This document shows, one piece after another, positions 17,664 through 27,361 of a DNA stretch of 64,000 nucleotides. The position numbers and the translations under genes were made by a program. How positions within the stretch are numbered: position 1 is the first letter of the stretch; each line of letters opens with the position of its first letter. The notes below the pieces were generated by a model. The model had not been told where the DNA came from, did no database searches, and saw nothing but the letters and a program-made list of their open reading frames with translations. The stretch spans positions 14,633 to 78,632 of IMG/VR virus record IMGVR_UViG_3300029561_000002; one strand, given 5' to 3'. This DNA comes from a virus.

Positions 17664-17920
17664 AGCTTTACGATCTGTACACCTTAGATGGAACATTTGT
17701 AGATACTCTTACCCGGAAAGAAGCCGTTGAAAGGTTCAACCTTTCCGGGTGGGACTTTAAATCAAAAATAGACTACAGAGATTCTATCAATGGCGAATAT
17801 TACCTGGATGATTCAGAAGATGATATCACTGTCAGAAAACATAAAGACAAGGAAATGCTTATACAGTTTGACTTACTCACATCGAAGTTGAGAAAAATAT
17901 TAAAAGTGGAGGGAAAATAA
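17660..17920 (+). CDS. hypothetical protein
   Basis: ATGA-coupled 86-aa ORF. Confidence 0.55.
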   Translation: MKLYDLYTLDGTFVDTLTRKEAVERFNLSGWDFKSKIDYRDSINGEYYLDDSEDDITVRKHKDKEMLIQFDLLTSKLRKILKVEGK

Positions 17921-18264
17921 TGGCAGAGAATTGTAATGAATGTAGTATCGCATGGATACGTGGAAGTAATTATGCTGAGGTATCAGCGTACAACGGAAGC
18001 ACTTTAAAGAATCGAACACTTAAGCTGAAAGAAGAAAACCCGGAAGATGTGAAAGTTATCGCAATCAACAAAGATGGCTCAATTTTCGCTCATGTACCAA
18101 GAAAATACGTGCCGAATTTACGAGCTCCGAGAAAACTGACAGAAGAGCAGAGGGCAGAACTGATTGAGCGAGGAAAGAACATGTCGAAATGGAAAGTAAC
18201 TGATGTAGAAGAAACGCCAGATTTCGATTCTGACGATGAAGATGAGGAAATGTTCGATGTTTAA
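17920..18264 (+). CDS. hypothetical protein with acidic tail
   Basis: TAATG-coupled 114-aa ORF. Confidence 0.55.
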   Translation: MAENCNECSIAWIRGSNYAEVSAYNGSTLKNRTLKLKEENPEDVKVIAINKDGSIFAHVPRKYVPNLRAPRKLTEEQRAELIERGKNMSKWKVTDVEETPDFDSDDEDEEMFDV

Positions 18265-18499
18265 TGAAAGAATGGGAATTAATGTTGAAAATGGTAAAAG
18301 TAGGATTTGCCCTAAATGCGGGAATCGTTTTCATGTTTTCACAGATTATAACCGGCATTGTGGAGGAAATTTATATTGGTGCGAATGCACAGAATGTAAA
18401 ACCATTACAAAAATACATCACAGTAAGGAAGCTGCAATAGTGGCTTTTAAGGAAGGATTGGTACACAAAAATGAGCAAAGTGAACATATATGGGCTTAA
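18257..18499 (+). CDS. zinc-ribbon protein, possibly Lar-like
   Basis: CPKCGN..CECTEC pairs and SKEAAIVAFKEG resemble the Lar-type ending. The start is uncertain (18236 or 18257). Confidence 0.4.
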   Translation: MFNERMGINVENGKSRICPKCGNRFHVFTDYNRHCGGNLYWCECTECKTITKIHHSKEAAIVAFKEGLVHKNEQSEHIWA

Positions 18500-18698
18500 A
18501 GCATATATAAGTAAAACGTTTGATTTGCATGTTGGCAAAAGAATCAAATACGTAGAACGTGGTGGGGAAGAAAAAGAGCATATCTATGAGGTAAAACAGC
18601 TTTTTCCACATTGCGTTTTACTAGAAGATATTTTCGATCACACAAGAATTTGCCCTTGTTATAGCAAATTAAGCTTGATGTTAAGGGGAATTGAATAA
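18471..18698 (+). CDS. hypothetical protein
   Basis: 75-aa ORF overlapping the upstream gene end. Confidence 0.5.
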   Translation: MSKVNIYGLKAYISKTFDLHVGKRIKYVERGGEEKEHIYEVKQLFPHCVLLEDIFDHTRICPCYSKLSLMLRGIE

Positions 18699-18726
18699 GA
18701 ATCTGGTTAAGAAGATGGGAGTATAG

Positions 18727-20100
18727 ATGAGAGATTTAATCATAGATTGCTTTGCCGGCGGTGGTGGGGCGTCTGTAGGAATCGAAATGGCGCTCGGAAG
18801 GCCAGTAGACATAGCGATCAATCACGACCCCGACGCTATCCTGATGCACAAGACGAATCACCCTGGAACACTGCATCTGACAGAAGATATCTTCAAAGTA
18901 GACTTGCAGAAATATGTTGGAAATCAGCACGTAGCGTTGATGTGGGCTTCCCCGGACTGCACAAGCCATTCAAAAGCAAAAGGCGGTCAGCCCCGTAAAA
19001 AGGGGCTTCGCATTCTTCCATGGGCTGTATACAAGCACGCAAAGGCAATTCTTCCAGATGTGATAATCATGGAGAATGTAGAAGAAATACAACAATGGGG
19101 ACCATTGGACGAGAAAGGGCATCCAATCAAAGAAAGAGCCGGTGAAGATTATCGAAAATTCATTTCAGCAATGGAAAATATCGGTTATGAATTTGACAGC
19201 CGGGAACTGGTAGCTGCGAATTATGGAGCGCCGACTACAAGAAAACGTTGGTATGCGGTGTTTCGTAGGGATGGAAAGCAGATAGTGTGGCCAAAGCCTA
19301 CGCATAATCGTTTTGGGACAGACGGCCTGAAGCCATATGAGCAGTGTGGAGATTACATTGATTGGTCAGACTTAGGTAAAAGTATATTTGACCGTCCGAA
19401 ACCACTGGCAGAAGCAACACAGAAGCGCATTGCAAATGGAATCAAGAAATATATCGTTGATAATCCAGAGCCGTATATTGTACGGAATAAAGATGCGCTG
19501 GCATTTATCATTCAGTATCATGGAGAAACCAGACAAGGTGATTCCAGAGGGCAATTGCTGACTGAACCGATAAAAACCATTGACACCTCAAACAGATACG
19601 GACTTGTGACAGCTTTCATCACGAAATATTACAAAACCGGTATCGGTCAAGGATGCGACGAACCACTGCATACAATAACCACATCACCCGGACACTTCGG
19701 CGTGATATCTGCTTTTCTGGTTAAATATTATGGAACGGGATGCGGACAGGTACTCAACGAACCGCTCGGAACCATTACCACAAAAGACAGGTTCGGACTG
19801 GTAAATGTTCTGGTTGATATTCATGGAGAGAAATACATCATATCAGATATTTTTCTCAGAATGCTAAAGCCGGAAGAATTAAAGGTGATGCAGGGATTTC
19901 CAAAAGATTACATTATTGATCGGGATTACAAATGGAGAAATTACCCGATTGCAAAACAAGTAGCGAGAATTGGAAATAGTGTTGTGCCGGTTATGGCAGA
20001 AGTGCTTGTGAAAGCTAATTGCCCGTATCTGAAAGTCGGAGAGCGAAAAGCTGCACCGGTGATTTATATTCAGAATAATGGACAGGTATCATTTGGATAA
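18727..20100 (+). CDS. DNA (cytosine-5)-methyltransferase
   Basis: Motif I DCFAGGGGASVG, motif IV SPDCTSHS, motif VI IMENV, QGFP, and motif X RIGNSVVP. Confidence 0.9.
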   Translation: MRDLIIDCFAGGGGASVGIEMALGRPVDIAINHDPDAILMHKTNHPGTLHLTEDIFKVDLQKYVGNQHVALMWASPDCTSHSKAKGGQPRKKGLRILPWAVYKHAKAILPDVIIMENVEEIQQWGPLDEKGHPIKERAGEDYRKFISAMENIGYEFDSRELVAANYGAPTTRKRWYAVFRRDGKQIVWPKPTHNRFGTDGLKPYEQCGDYIDWSDLGKSIFDRPKPLAEATQKRIANGIKKYIVDNPEPYIVRNKDALAFIIQYHGETRQGDSRGQLLTEPIKTIDTSNRYGLVTAFITKYYKTGIGQGCDEPLHTITTSPGHFGVISAFLVKYYGTGCGQVLNEPLGTITTKDRFGLVNVLVDIHGEKYIISDIFLRMLKPEELKVMQGFPKDYIIDRDYKWRNYPIAKQVARIGNSVVPVMAEVLVKANCPYLKVGERKAAPVIYIQNNGQVSFG

Positions 20101-20156
20101 GAAATCATGGAGGACTGCACAATAGCGTGCCAGTTGTTTACATTGGGAAAACGAGG

Positions 20157-20405
20157 ATGGAAATGAAAAAAAATAATTACACTTCATTCTTCAAAACGAA
20201 GCCAAAGAAAGTAGAGAGATACATTCGTTGCAGAAAATGTGGTGGAAACATGGAATGGGTTGAATACTATCCGCCGGAAATCAAATGTCCGAAGTGTGGC
20301 TATACTGTATATCCAAAACCTTATGAGCCAGATTGTATTAAGCTGTTAGAAGCATCGGAAGAATATTTTGAATTATATGAGAAAATAAGGAGGAAAAATG
20401 GATAA
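20157..20405 (+). CDS. zinc-ribbon protein
   Basis: CRKCGG..CPKCGY pairs; start uncertain. Confidence 0.5.
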   Translation: MEMKKNNYTSFFKTKPKKVERYIRCRKCGGNMEWVEYYPPEIKCPKCGYTVYPKPYEPDCIKLLEASEEYFELYEKIRRKNG

Positions 20406-20592
20406 ATTAAAACCGTGTCCGTTTTGCGGAGGAAAAGCAGAAATGTTATTTAATGAATATGAAGATTCGAGAAAAGAATATCTTGCAGCTTGCACAGAAT
20501 GCGATGGAATGGTTGAACGCTGGAGAGAAACAGAGGAAGAAGCTGTAGAACAGTGGAATCGAAGAGTAAGCGACAAGGAGGGTGCGGAATGA
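20398..20592 (+). CDS. Lar-family restriction-alleviation-like zinc-ribbon protein
   Basis: LKPCPFCGGKAE..CTECDG..TEEEAVEQWNRR matches the Lar-family pattern. Confidence 0.65.
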   Translation: MDKLKPCPFCGGKAEMLFNEYEDSRKEYLAACTECDGMVERWRETEEEAVEQWNRRVSDKEGAE

Positions 20593-21017
20593 GAAAACAC
20601 ACAATAAATCTTCCAGGAGGACTGGAAGCGGATATTTTTAATTTACCAGAGGATTTCAAAGAACAGGTTGAAGAAACATTCAAAGAGTATACATCTGGAA
20701 CAGCAAAAGCGTATATGTACGCTGACAAGTTAGGATTCATTGACCGTTGCGTAGAATGCCTGAACGGTAATGAGGATTCAGATAAGGTTGTAAATTCACT
20801 GGTTGAAGAAGCGATGATTGCCGAATGGAGAAATAATGGTGAAATTATTAAGGAAGATGATATATACAGTTTTGAATTTATGGAAGATTGCTACAGGAAA
20901 GGCAAAGAAGATGCAAGGCTGAACTCTCATTTCGGAACTGACGATCATCACATTTACGACCAGATCCAGAAAGTTCTGGTGCAGGTAATTACAATTGTAA
21001 TGAATTATCAGGATTAA
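20589..21017 (+). CDS. hypothetical protein
   Basis: ATGA coupling; 142 aa. Confidence 0.55.
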   Translation: MRKHTINLPGGLEADIFNLPEDFKEQVEETFKEYTSGTAKAYMYADKLGFIDRCVECLNGNEDSDKVVNSLVEEAMIAEWRNNGEIIKEDDIYSFEFMEDCYRKGKEDARLNSHFGTDDHHIYDQIQKVLVQVITIVMNYQD

Positions 21018-21029
21018 GGAGGACACAAA

Positions 21030-21269
21030 ATGTTAATCAGAAGTCAGAATAAAACATTTTTATTAAACTTTAGCAATTTGACTATATCTTATATTGCGGA
21101 AGATGACGAGGATTTTGTTATTTCAAGCCTAGAGGACGAAAACAGATAGAGACTTGGTAAATACTCCTCAAAAGAAAAAGCCATGAAAGTACTGGATATG
21201 ATTCAGGAAGCCTATGTAAATGGACATATTGATTACCAGATGCCAGAGGACAGTGAGGTGGTTGTATGA
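21030..21269 (+). pseudogene. small phage protein interrupted by in-frame TAG (or readthrough)
   Basis: AAGGAGG RBS. MLIRSQNKTF..EDENR-TAG(21147-21149)-RLGKYSSKEKAMKVLDMIQEAY..MPEDSEVVV continues in frame and ends in an ATGA overlap with the next gene. Confidence 0.5.
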
Positions 21270-21604
21270 GCCATATCAAAGACAGATTGTCCAGTTATCA
21301 TGATTGGATGCAAGATATTGTAAATAGATACAAATTGGTTACTGCTAGAGATTTTTTAGAAATGATAGAACAGCTTCAAGAGGATCTGGAACAGGACGAG
21401 AAAGAAAATGGCTGGATTCCAGTCAGCGAGAGATTGCCGGAAGCAAGCGGTACGTATCAAGTGACTTGCATGGACGGAAGAATATATCGTTCAACCTACG
21501 CAAAATTCCAAAACAAATTGAAGCGCTGGGAATTAACTGGTGCTAGGTCGTATTGGAAAGTCACAGCGTGGATGCCGCTTCCAGAACCATATAAGGAGGA
21601 TTAA
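21266..21604 (+). CDS. DUF551-like protein
   Basis: GWIPVSERLPE .. VTAWMPLPEPYKED. Confidence 0.6.
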   Translation: MSHIKDRLSSYHDWMQDIVNRYKLVTARDFLEMIEQLQEDLEQDEKENGWIPVSERLPEASGTYQVTCMDGRIYRSTYAKFQNKLKRWELTGARSYWKVTAWMPLPEPYKED

Positions 21605-21757
21605 ATGGGATATTGTAAAATAGAATGTCCGGACGGTGAAACAGAGTGCTGCATCTGCTGCAAGAAGCAAGGCGGTTACGATAACCGGTGCGACATGATG
21701 GATAGCTACGAATACGCAGAAGATTGCGAAGATTATGTCAAGGAGGATGAAGTATGA
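21605..21757 (+). CDS. 50-aa Cys-rich acidic protein
   Basis: The start abuts the upstream stop; CKIECPDGETECCICC motif. Confidence 0.4.
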   Translation: MGYCKIECPDGETECCICCKKQGGYDNRCDMMDSYEYAEDCEDYVKEDEV

Positions 21758-21855
21758 TCACATTCTTATTAGGATTCACCCTTGGAACCATATTCGGAGC
21801 GACTGGTCTTGTATGCGTGGCGATCATGTACAACAAGCATCATCCAGACGAATAG
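21754..21855 (+). CDS. 33-aa single-TM peptide
   Basis: ATGA overlap; MITFLLGFTLGTIFGATGLVCVAIM. Confidence 0.3.
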   Translation: MITFLLGFTLGTIFGATGLVCVAIMYNKHHPDE

Positions 21856-21869
21856 AAAGGAGCAACGGT

Positions 21870-22184
21870 ATGCTGACAAGGAACAAAAAGCTGAAAGACT
21901 ACGGTATTCCGGCAGAGGACATTGAAAAGCTGAACATGATGCTGAAAGACTTCCCGGCAGAGTACGGCTACCTGCTTACCAGTGCTGCCTTGTCAGCTTG
22001 CCCGAAGAACACGGTGATAGCGGATATGGTTATTGAGAATATCCTACACCGGAAAAGCTACAGGAAAATCAGCAAAGAAAGATATATCCCGATGAATCCG
22101 AAAGACTTCTACGGATACAGACGCAAGACCGTCGCTGTACTATATGAGAGAATGCGGTTGTTGGGAGTGTGGGAGGAAAAATAA
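21870..22184 (+). CDS. hypothetical protein (possible sigma-like regulator)
   Basis: GAAAGGAG RBS before MLTRNKK; helical and basic C-terminus. Confidence 0.45.
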   Translation: MLTRNKKLKDYGIPAEDIEKLNMMLKDFPAEYGYLLTSAALSACPKNTVIADMVIENILHRKSYRKISKERYIPMNPKDFYGYRRKTVAVLYERMRLLGVWEEK

Positions 22185-22565
22185 ATGAAAGAATATAAAT
22201 GTCCAAAGTGCAATAGTAAAAACCTTTTTGTCAAGAAATTTGGGAATAATACGGGATTGTATTGCGGGGATTGCGGTGCATGGATTAAATGGGTCGGAAA
22301 AAATGAGCTGAGAATATTTGAATATTTAAACAGACAGAAATACGTAGACGATGCTAATAGTAAACAAGACGATATTGCAAACATCATTTATAGCACTCTC
22401 AATCATATGTATTGCGATAATTGCAGATTCAATAGCGAAATTAAAGAAAGTGATAGTGATGAATGGAACTGTGATGAATGCCACAGAAAATATAATGGAT
22501 GGGGAGTTTCCATGCAGGAAAGTAATAAAATTGCAAAAGAAATTTTAAAACAGTTAGGAGAATAG
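22185..22565 (+). CDS. multi zinc-ribbon protein
   Basis: CPKCNS..CGDCGA and CDNC..CDEC pairs. Confidence 0.55.
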   Translation: MKEYKCPKCNSKNLFVKKFGNNTGLYCGDCGAWIKWVGKNELRIFEYLNRQKYVDDANSKQDDIANIIYSTLNHMYCDNCRFNSEIKESDSDEWNCDECHRKYNGWGVSMQESNKIAKEILKQLGE

Positions 22566-22568
22566 GAT

Positions 22569-22799
22569 ATGAGCCGATTGATTGATGCAGACGAATTAAT
22601 TAAATATATCAAAATTTGGGAAATTGGCACAAGTATTAGCTCTGACCAGAAAGAGTTTATTGATTGTGTTAATGAACAGTGGACAGCTTTTGATGCGGAT
22701 AAGGTTGTTGAACAGTTGGAAGATTATTTATTTGAAAAATATTGCATAGAAGGGGATACAACAATTGATGAAATCGTGAAAGGCGGTGGAGTTGAATGA
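22569..22799 (+). CDS. hypothetical protein
   Basis: 76-aa ORF, coupled downstream. Confidence 0.5.
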   Translation: MSRLIDADELIKYIKIWEIGTSISSDQKEFIDCVNEQWTAFDADKVVEQLEDYLFEKYCIEGDTTIDEIVKGGGVE

Positions 22800-23269
22800 G
22801 AGAGTTTCTTTTCAAGGCAAAGCGGATTGATAACGGTGAATGGGTTGAGGGATATTACATAAGAGATCAATATCACATAGGTGGGAAGGACATTATTTTT
22901 TATCGGAAGGATTCAGATCGGTTTACAGTATATACCAATATAATTGATATAGAAACCCTCTGCCAGTTCACGGGACTTTGTGACAAGAACGGGAAGAAAA
23001 TTTGGGAGAATGACATTTTGATGTGCCATGGAAACCCAAAAGACCTTGCAAAAGTGCTATTTGGAGAATTTGGTGTAAGAAATATTGAAACCGGCTCCAT
23101 AGTAGACAAAGTTGTCGGATGGCATTATGAGGTTGTTCCGACAGATGCAATCAGCAGATGCGAACCATTCTGCTGGCCAATGCCATTGACAGAATATTAT
23201 ATCGACAGATGCGAAATGGAAGTAGTTGGAAACATTTTCGACAACCCAGAATTATTACAGGAGAAATGA
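22796..23269 (+). CDS. YopX-family protein
   Basis: MREFLFKAKRIDNGEWVEGYY..QFTGLCDKNGKKIWENDI..VVGNIFDNPELL. Confidence 0.8.
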   Translation: MREFLFKAKRIDNGEWVEGYYIRDQYHIGGKDIIFYRKDSDRFTVYTNIIDIETLCQFTGLCDKNGKKIWENDILMCHGNPKDLAKVLFGEFGVRNIETGSIVDKVVGWHYEVVPTDAISRCEPFCWPMPLTEYYIDRCEMEVVGNIFDNPELLQEK

Positions 23270-23270
23270 G

Positions 23271-23426
23271 ATGAGTAAAGGAAAAGACATTTCCACTATG
23301 TTCACAAGAGAAGAAAACAAAAAGAATGGAAGACTTGGATATTATAATGCTACCAGAGAGAAGAAAGATGTTATCAGTCCGGCACAGTATGGAGCATTCT
23401 TGCAGAAAAGAGGTAAGAAAAGATGA
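23271..23426 (+). CDS. small basic protein
   Basis: In-frame ATG right after the yopX-like stop. Confidence 0.45.
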   Translation: MSKGKDISTMFTREENKKNGRLGYYNATREKKDVISPAQYGAFLQKRGKKR

Positions 23427-23671
23427 GTAAATCAGTATTAGTGATTGATACACCAGATAAATGCATACATTGTCCATTATTAACTGGTGCAGATGAATGT
23501 ATGGTACAAGATGATGATGCAAATTTTAACGCTTCTGATTCTTGGGATGAGTTAATGAAGGGGTGTCCGCTGAAGCCATTGCCGGAGAAGAGCACTACCG
23601 AGAATGATATGACGGATTATCAGTGCGGGATGGTCGATGGTCGAAACCAGTGTATTAATGAGATTGTATGA
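23423..23671 (+). CDS. hypothetical protein
   Basis: ATGA-coupled 82-aa ORF. Confidence 0.5.
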   Translation: MSKSVLVIDTPDKCIHCPLLTGADECMVQDDDANFNASDSWDELMKGCPLKPLPEKSTTENDMTDYQCGMVDGRNQCINEIV

Positions 23672-23683
23672 GAGGTAGAGTAG

Positions 23684-24022
23684 ATGAGCAAGAAAGTAAA
23701 GTGTTGTGAATGCGATTCTTTTATGGGATGGGCTTTGCCAAGAGGGGTAGATAAAGACAATTACGAATATGCGAAAGAAGTTTTGAAGTTAGCATCTACT
23801 ACAGGAATATGTGAATATACCATGAAAACCAAGGCAAGGTCGCATGAGCAGTATTGCAGAAAATTTAAAAAAGACAAGTTTTTAGAACGACATAACGATT
23901 TTTTTAAAGATGAAATTTTAAAACTTGAAAACATGATCAAGGAATATGAAAAAGAAAATTTTGTGGAAGTAGACGAATCATGGAAAGCTCATTTTATGAG
24001 AAGATTTCAAGAGGTGAAGTAG
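23684..24022 (+). CDS. hypothetical protein
   Basis: 112-aa ORF. Confidence 0.5.
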   Translation: MSKKVKCCECDSFMGWALPRGVDKDNYEYAKEVLKLASTTGICEYTMKTKARSHEQYCRKFKKDKFLERHNDFFKDEILKLENMIKEYEKENFVEVDESWKAHFMRRFQEVK

Positions 24023-24448
24023 ATGGAGAGATTAACAGAATGGGAAAATGGTAGTGTCACATATAACGAAAAACGAGAGATTGAATGTGGTGAATATTGT
24101 GATAGCTGCTCACAGGGCGCAGGAAATTGCGAAACAATAAAGAATATGATTAAAAAACTTGCCGACTACGAGGACTTAGAAGAACAGGGCTTGCTTGTGA
24201 GATTGCCGTGTAAGATTGGAGACACGGTTTATAGAGTGAATGCCGGAGCCAAGCAACCGATTATTCCAATGACTGTTTCAGAAATTCATTTTCTCTGTTA
24301 CAAAAATGAACGTGCTGTAAGGTTTGACGCAATAGGTAAAGAAGATATGGGAGAAAGTTGCTACCGTTTAGAAGATATTGGAAGAATAGTATTCCTCACC
24401 CGTGAAGAAGCTGAGAAGAAGTTGGAGGAACTCAAAAATGAAATTTAA
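24023..24448 (+). CDS. hypothetical protein
   Basis: 141-aa ORF abutting the upstream stop. Confidence 0.5.
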   Translation: MERLTEWENGSVTYNEKREIECGEYCDSCSQGAGNCETIKNMIKKLADYEDLEEQGLLVRLPCKIGDTVYRVNAGAKQPIIPMTVSEIHFLCYKNERAVRFDAIGKEDMGESCYRLEDIGRIVFLTREEAEKKLEELKNEI

Positions 24449-24465
24449 TTTTAAGGAGGCGCAAA

Positions 24466-24675
24466 ATGGGAAGAAACATTTATTTTACGGATAGAGAATT
24501 AAGCATGGTAAGAGACTATGTGTTTGAAGCAACTGATATTTTAGGAAATGCTTCTGATACAGCAGAACAAGTGGACGAAGACATGGAGAATGGTCTTGGC
24601 TCTGCTTTGCGAAAATTATACAAAGGCTGTATTGGAGAATCAAAATACGCAAAGTATAAAACAAAACGAGGATAA
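24466..24675 (+). CDS. hypothetical protein
   Basis: AAGGAGG RBS; 69 aa. Confidence 0.5.
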   Translation: MGRNIYFTDRELSMVRDYVFEATDILGNASDTAEQVDEDMENGLGSALRKLYKGCIGESKYAKYKTKRG

Positions 24676-24719
24676 AAATATTTTTAATCCGATAGAGAAT
24701 AAGTTGGAGGAGATGCAGA

Positions 24720-24917
24720 ATGCCGAAAATGCCTAAGCCAATGAAATATGATAAGATTCCCGAAACGTGTGGAACGTGTATTTATCGCAAATGGGTTCAT
24801 GAGCTTCTGGATTATGCGTGCATGAATCCAGACCCAGAATTACATGGAATAGTAGTTGATTTCAATGATTATTGCGGAGAATGGGAGGATCAACATGAAA
24901 CCAGAAGAAGCAATTAA
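24720..24917 (+). CDS. hypothetical Cys-containing protein
   Basis: GGAGGAG RBS; 65 aa. Confidence 0.5.
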   Translation: MPKMPKPMKYDKIPETCGTCIYRKWVHELLDYACMNPDPELHGIVVDFNDYCGEWEDQHETRRSN

Positions 24918-25197
24918 AATCTTGCAGAATCGCATTGACTTAATTAATCAGGATTATTTGCATATGCCGGACCTTGTGGAATATCAGAAAGCATTGGAAC
25001 GTGCAACTAAGGCATTGAAAAAGCAGATCCCGAGGAAAGTGAACAACTTGAGCAAAATATATTTTGACTTCGGAGTAGGCAAAAAAATAAAAGTTGGTGC
25101 TTACGGTAACTGTCCAAATTGTAATTACAACATAGATATTGTTAGTAAATACTGTACTAGATGCGGACAGAAATTAGATTGGAAAGAAGAGGAATAG
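24895..25197 (+). CDS. zinc-ribbon protein
   Basis: GGAGGA RBS before MKPEEAIK; CPNCN..CTRCG. Confidence 0.5.
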   Translation: MKPEEAIKILQNRIDLINQDYLHMPDLVEYQKALERATKALKKQIPRKVNNLSKIYFDFGVGKKIKVGAYGNCPNCNYNIDIVSKYCTRCGQKLDWKEEE

Positions 25198-25201
25198 ATA
25201 A

Positions 25202-26095
25202 ATGGCTCAGAAGCGAATGTTTACAATGAAAATCGTTGACAGTGATGCATTCCTGGAGATGCCGTTGTCAACTCAGTGCTTATATTTTCATCTTAACATG
25301 AGAGCTGACGATGATGGATTCATTGGAAATACAAAAAGAATAATGAAAATCATAGGAGCAAGTGAAGATGATCTGCGATTATTGATTGCAAAAAGGTTTG
25401 TTCTTACATTTGAGGACGGCGTGATTGTAATTAAGCATTGGAGAATGCACAACACTTTATCAAGAGATCGGTATGCTGAAACATCATATACTGACGAAAA
25501 GAAAATGCTGCTTTTAAAGGACAATGGTAGTTACTCTTTGACGGGCGGAAATCCGATTGATGATACTCGGCTAATAGAACGATCAGGACGGCAGACGCAA
25601 CAAAGACGCAACAAAGACGCAACAAAGACGCTCTCAGATAAAGGTTTAGATATAGATATAGAATTAGATAAAGATAAAGATAATAATTTAATAGTATCTA
25701 AAGATACTATTCGTCAGACAGATGTCCGACGTGTTATCGAGGAATGGAACAAATTACAGGATGTTGGCATTGCTCCTATCAGGGATATCAAACCAGCATC
25801 AAAAAGATGCCAGATGCTCAAAGGACGAATAAGAGAGTATGGCATGAACGATCTCTTAAAAGCTATGGACAACATCCGCAACAGTGACTTCCTGAGAGGC
25901 GAAAACAAAAATGGCTGGATGATTACTTTTGACTGGTTTGTAAAACCAAATAACTTCTTAAAGGTTTTGGAGGGCAACTACAATGGGGACAGGAAACATG
26001 GATCTGGTTCAAAAACTCAAAGAAAAGTCGAACCACTTATCCCGTTCGGAACACTCGGTGATGATGGAGGATCAGACACATTGCCGTTTATGTGA
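25202..26095 (+). CDS. phage replisome organizer / DnaD-like replication protein
   Basis: The N-terminus MFTMKIVDSDAFLEMPLSTQCLYFHLNMRADDDGF is typical of the replisome-organizer N domain. Precedes the helicase loader. Confidence 0.7.
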   Translation: MAQKRMFTMKIVDSDAFLEMPLSTQCLYFHLNMRADDDGFIGNTKRIMKIIGASEDDLRLLIAKRFVLTFEDGVIVIKHWRMHNTLSRDRYAETSYTDEKKMLLLKDNGSYSLTGGNPIDDTRLIERSGRQTQQRRNKDATKTLSDKGLDIDIELDKDKDNNLIVSKDTIRQTDVRRVIEEWNKLQDVGIAPIRDIKPASKRCQMLKGRIREYGMNDLLKAMDNIRNSDFLRGENKNGWMITFDWFVKPNNFLKVLEGNYNGDRKHGSGSKTQRKVEPLIPFGTLGDDGGSDTLPFM

Positions 26096-26834
26096 TGATT
26101 CCGGATGGGTATGGAGCCGTGATCAATACGGAGTTCCGTACTGTCAGGAGTGCTCCTGCGGTATCCGCCGAAAAATGATTCATAGAAATCAGCTTAAGTT
26201 TGCAGAGATTCCAGACATCTACAAAGATGCAATGTTTAATAATTTTCGGTCGGCGGTATATCAGCTGCCGGAGAGCCAGGAAACAATAAGGCAGGCTGCG
26301 AAAGCTGTTCGCTACTGGATAGAAAATATCGGCGATATGCAAAAGCAGGGAATTGGGCTGTATTTTTACTCTAGCACGAAAGGTTCTGGAAAAACCCGAA
26401 TGGTATGCAGCCTGGCGAATGAACTGATTGAAAAACATCAGAAACAGGTAAAGTTTTCAACGTCTATGAGGATTCTTGACGAGATCAAGTCCACATGGGG
26501 AAAAAGATACAGCCCGGGCAAAACGGAAGAACAGTTGATTGATGAACTGTCCAGAGCAGATATTCTCATCATTGATGATTTCGGCACAGAAATTGAAAAA
26601 GACTGGGTAAATGAAAAATACTATGAAATTATCGACGGACGCTATACAAGCCGAAAAATCACGATTTTCACAAGTAATTACTGTATTTCTCGACTAAATT
26701 ATGATGAGCGTATCACCAACCGGATTCTGGAGCGGTCACTTGAGATCCCATTTCCGGAAGAATCTGTCCGGGAACACATAGCGGAAACAATGAAACAACA
26801 AATGATAGCAGGTATCATGGGAGGCGGAAAATGA
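25983..26834 (+). CDS. DnaC/IstB-like AAA+ helicase loader
   Basis: Walker A STKGSGKTRM, Walker B ILIIDDFG. GGAGGG RBS 8 nt before 25983. Long overlap with the upstream gene, so the start is uncertain. Confidence 0.8.
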   Translation: MGTGNMDLVQKLKEKSNHLSRSEHSVMMEDQTHCRLCDDSGWVWSRDQYGVPYCQECSCGIRRKMIHRNQLKFAEIPDIYKDAMFNNFRSAVYQLPESQETIRQAAKAVRYWIENIGDMQKQGIGLYFYSSTKGSGKTRMVCSLANELIEKHQKQVKFSTSMRILDEIKSTWGKRYSPGKTEEQLIDELSRADILIIDDFGTEIEKDWVNEKYYEIIDGRYTSRKITIFTSNYCISRLNYDERITNRILERSLEIPFPEESVREHIAETMKQQMIAGIMGGGK

Positions 26835-27361
26835 GCAGTGCGGTGTTAAAAAGAAAATTCACAGGGAAACCGGTAACTATGCCTTATTCAGCTGCAAAGA
26901 TTGAAAGAATGCAGCGGATGTTTGATGAATCCAGAGAAAAAGTTCTGGCAGTCAGAAATGAAGAGATTGAAAAAGCGTACCAGAAAGGCAAGGAAGACGG
27001 GATCAGTAGAACCGTGAGCGCATTGAACGGAGTTGTGGAAAATGCAAGGGCGGAAGAACGCGAGAAAAGTTATAAAGACGGATGTGAAAAAGGTTTTGAA
27101 GATGGTCAAAACTGGGCTAACATCGAGAACAGCATAACTTTTCTTTTAGCATTACACGATACATATGAATTTGGTCCAGAAGAAATAATGACAGTTGTCA
27201 GAAAAGGAAATGAATATATTCACCAGGCTAACAAAGGAAATCCGACTATTGGTCAATTGGCACGCAGGCTTAATGAACAATGCAAAATACAATTAGATAA
27301 AGACGACGTGGAACTTTTGAGAAAATTCAGCGTATTTGAAGAAGGTGATCCGTATGATTAA
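26831..27361 (+). CDS. hypothetical protein
   Basis: ATGA-coupled 176-aa ORF. Confidence 0.55.
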   Translation: MSSAVLKRKFTGKPVTMPYSAAKIERMQRMFDESREKVLAVRNEEIEKAYQKGKEDGISRTVSALNGVVENARAEEREKSYKDGCEKGFEDGQNWANIENSITFLLALHDTYEFGPEEIMTVVRKGNEYIHQANKGNPTIGQLARRLNEQCKIQLDKDDVELLRKFSVFEEGDPYD

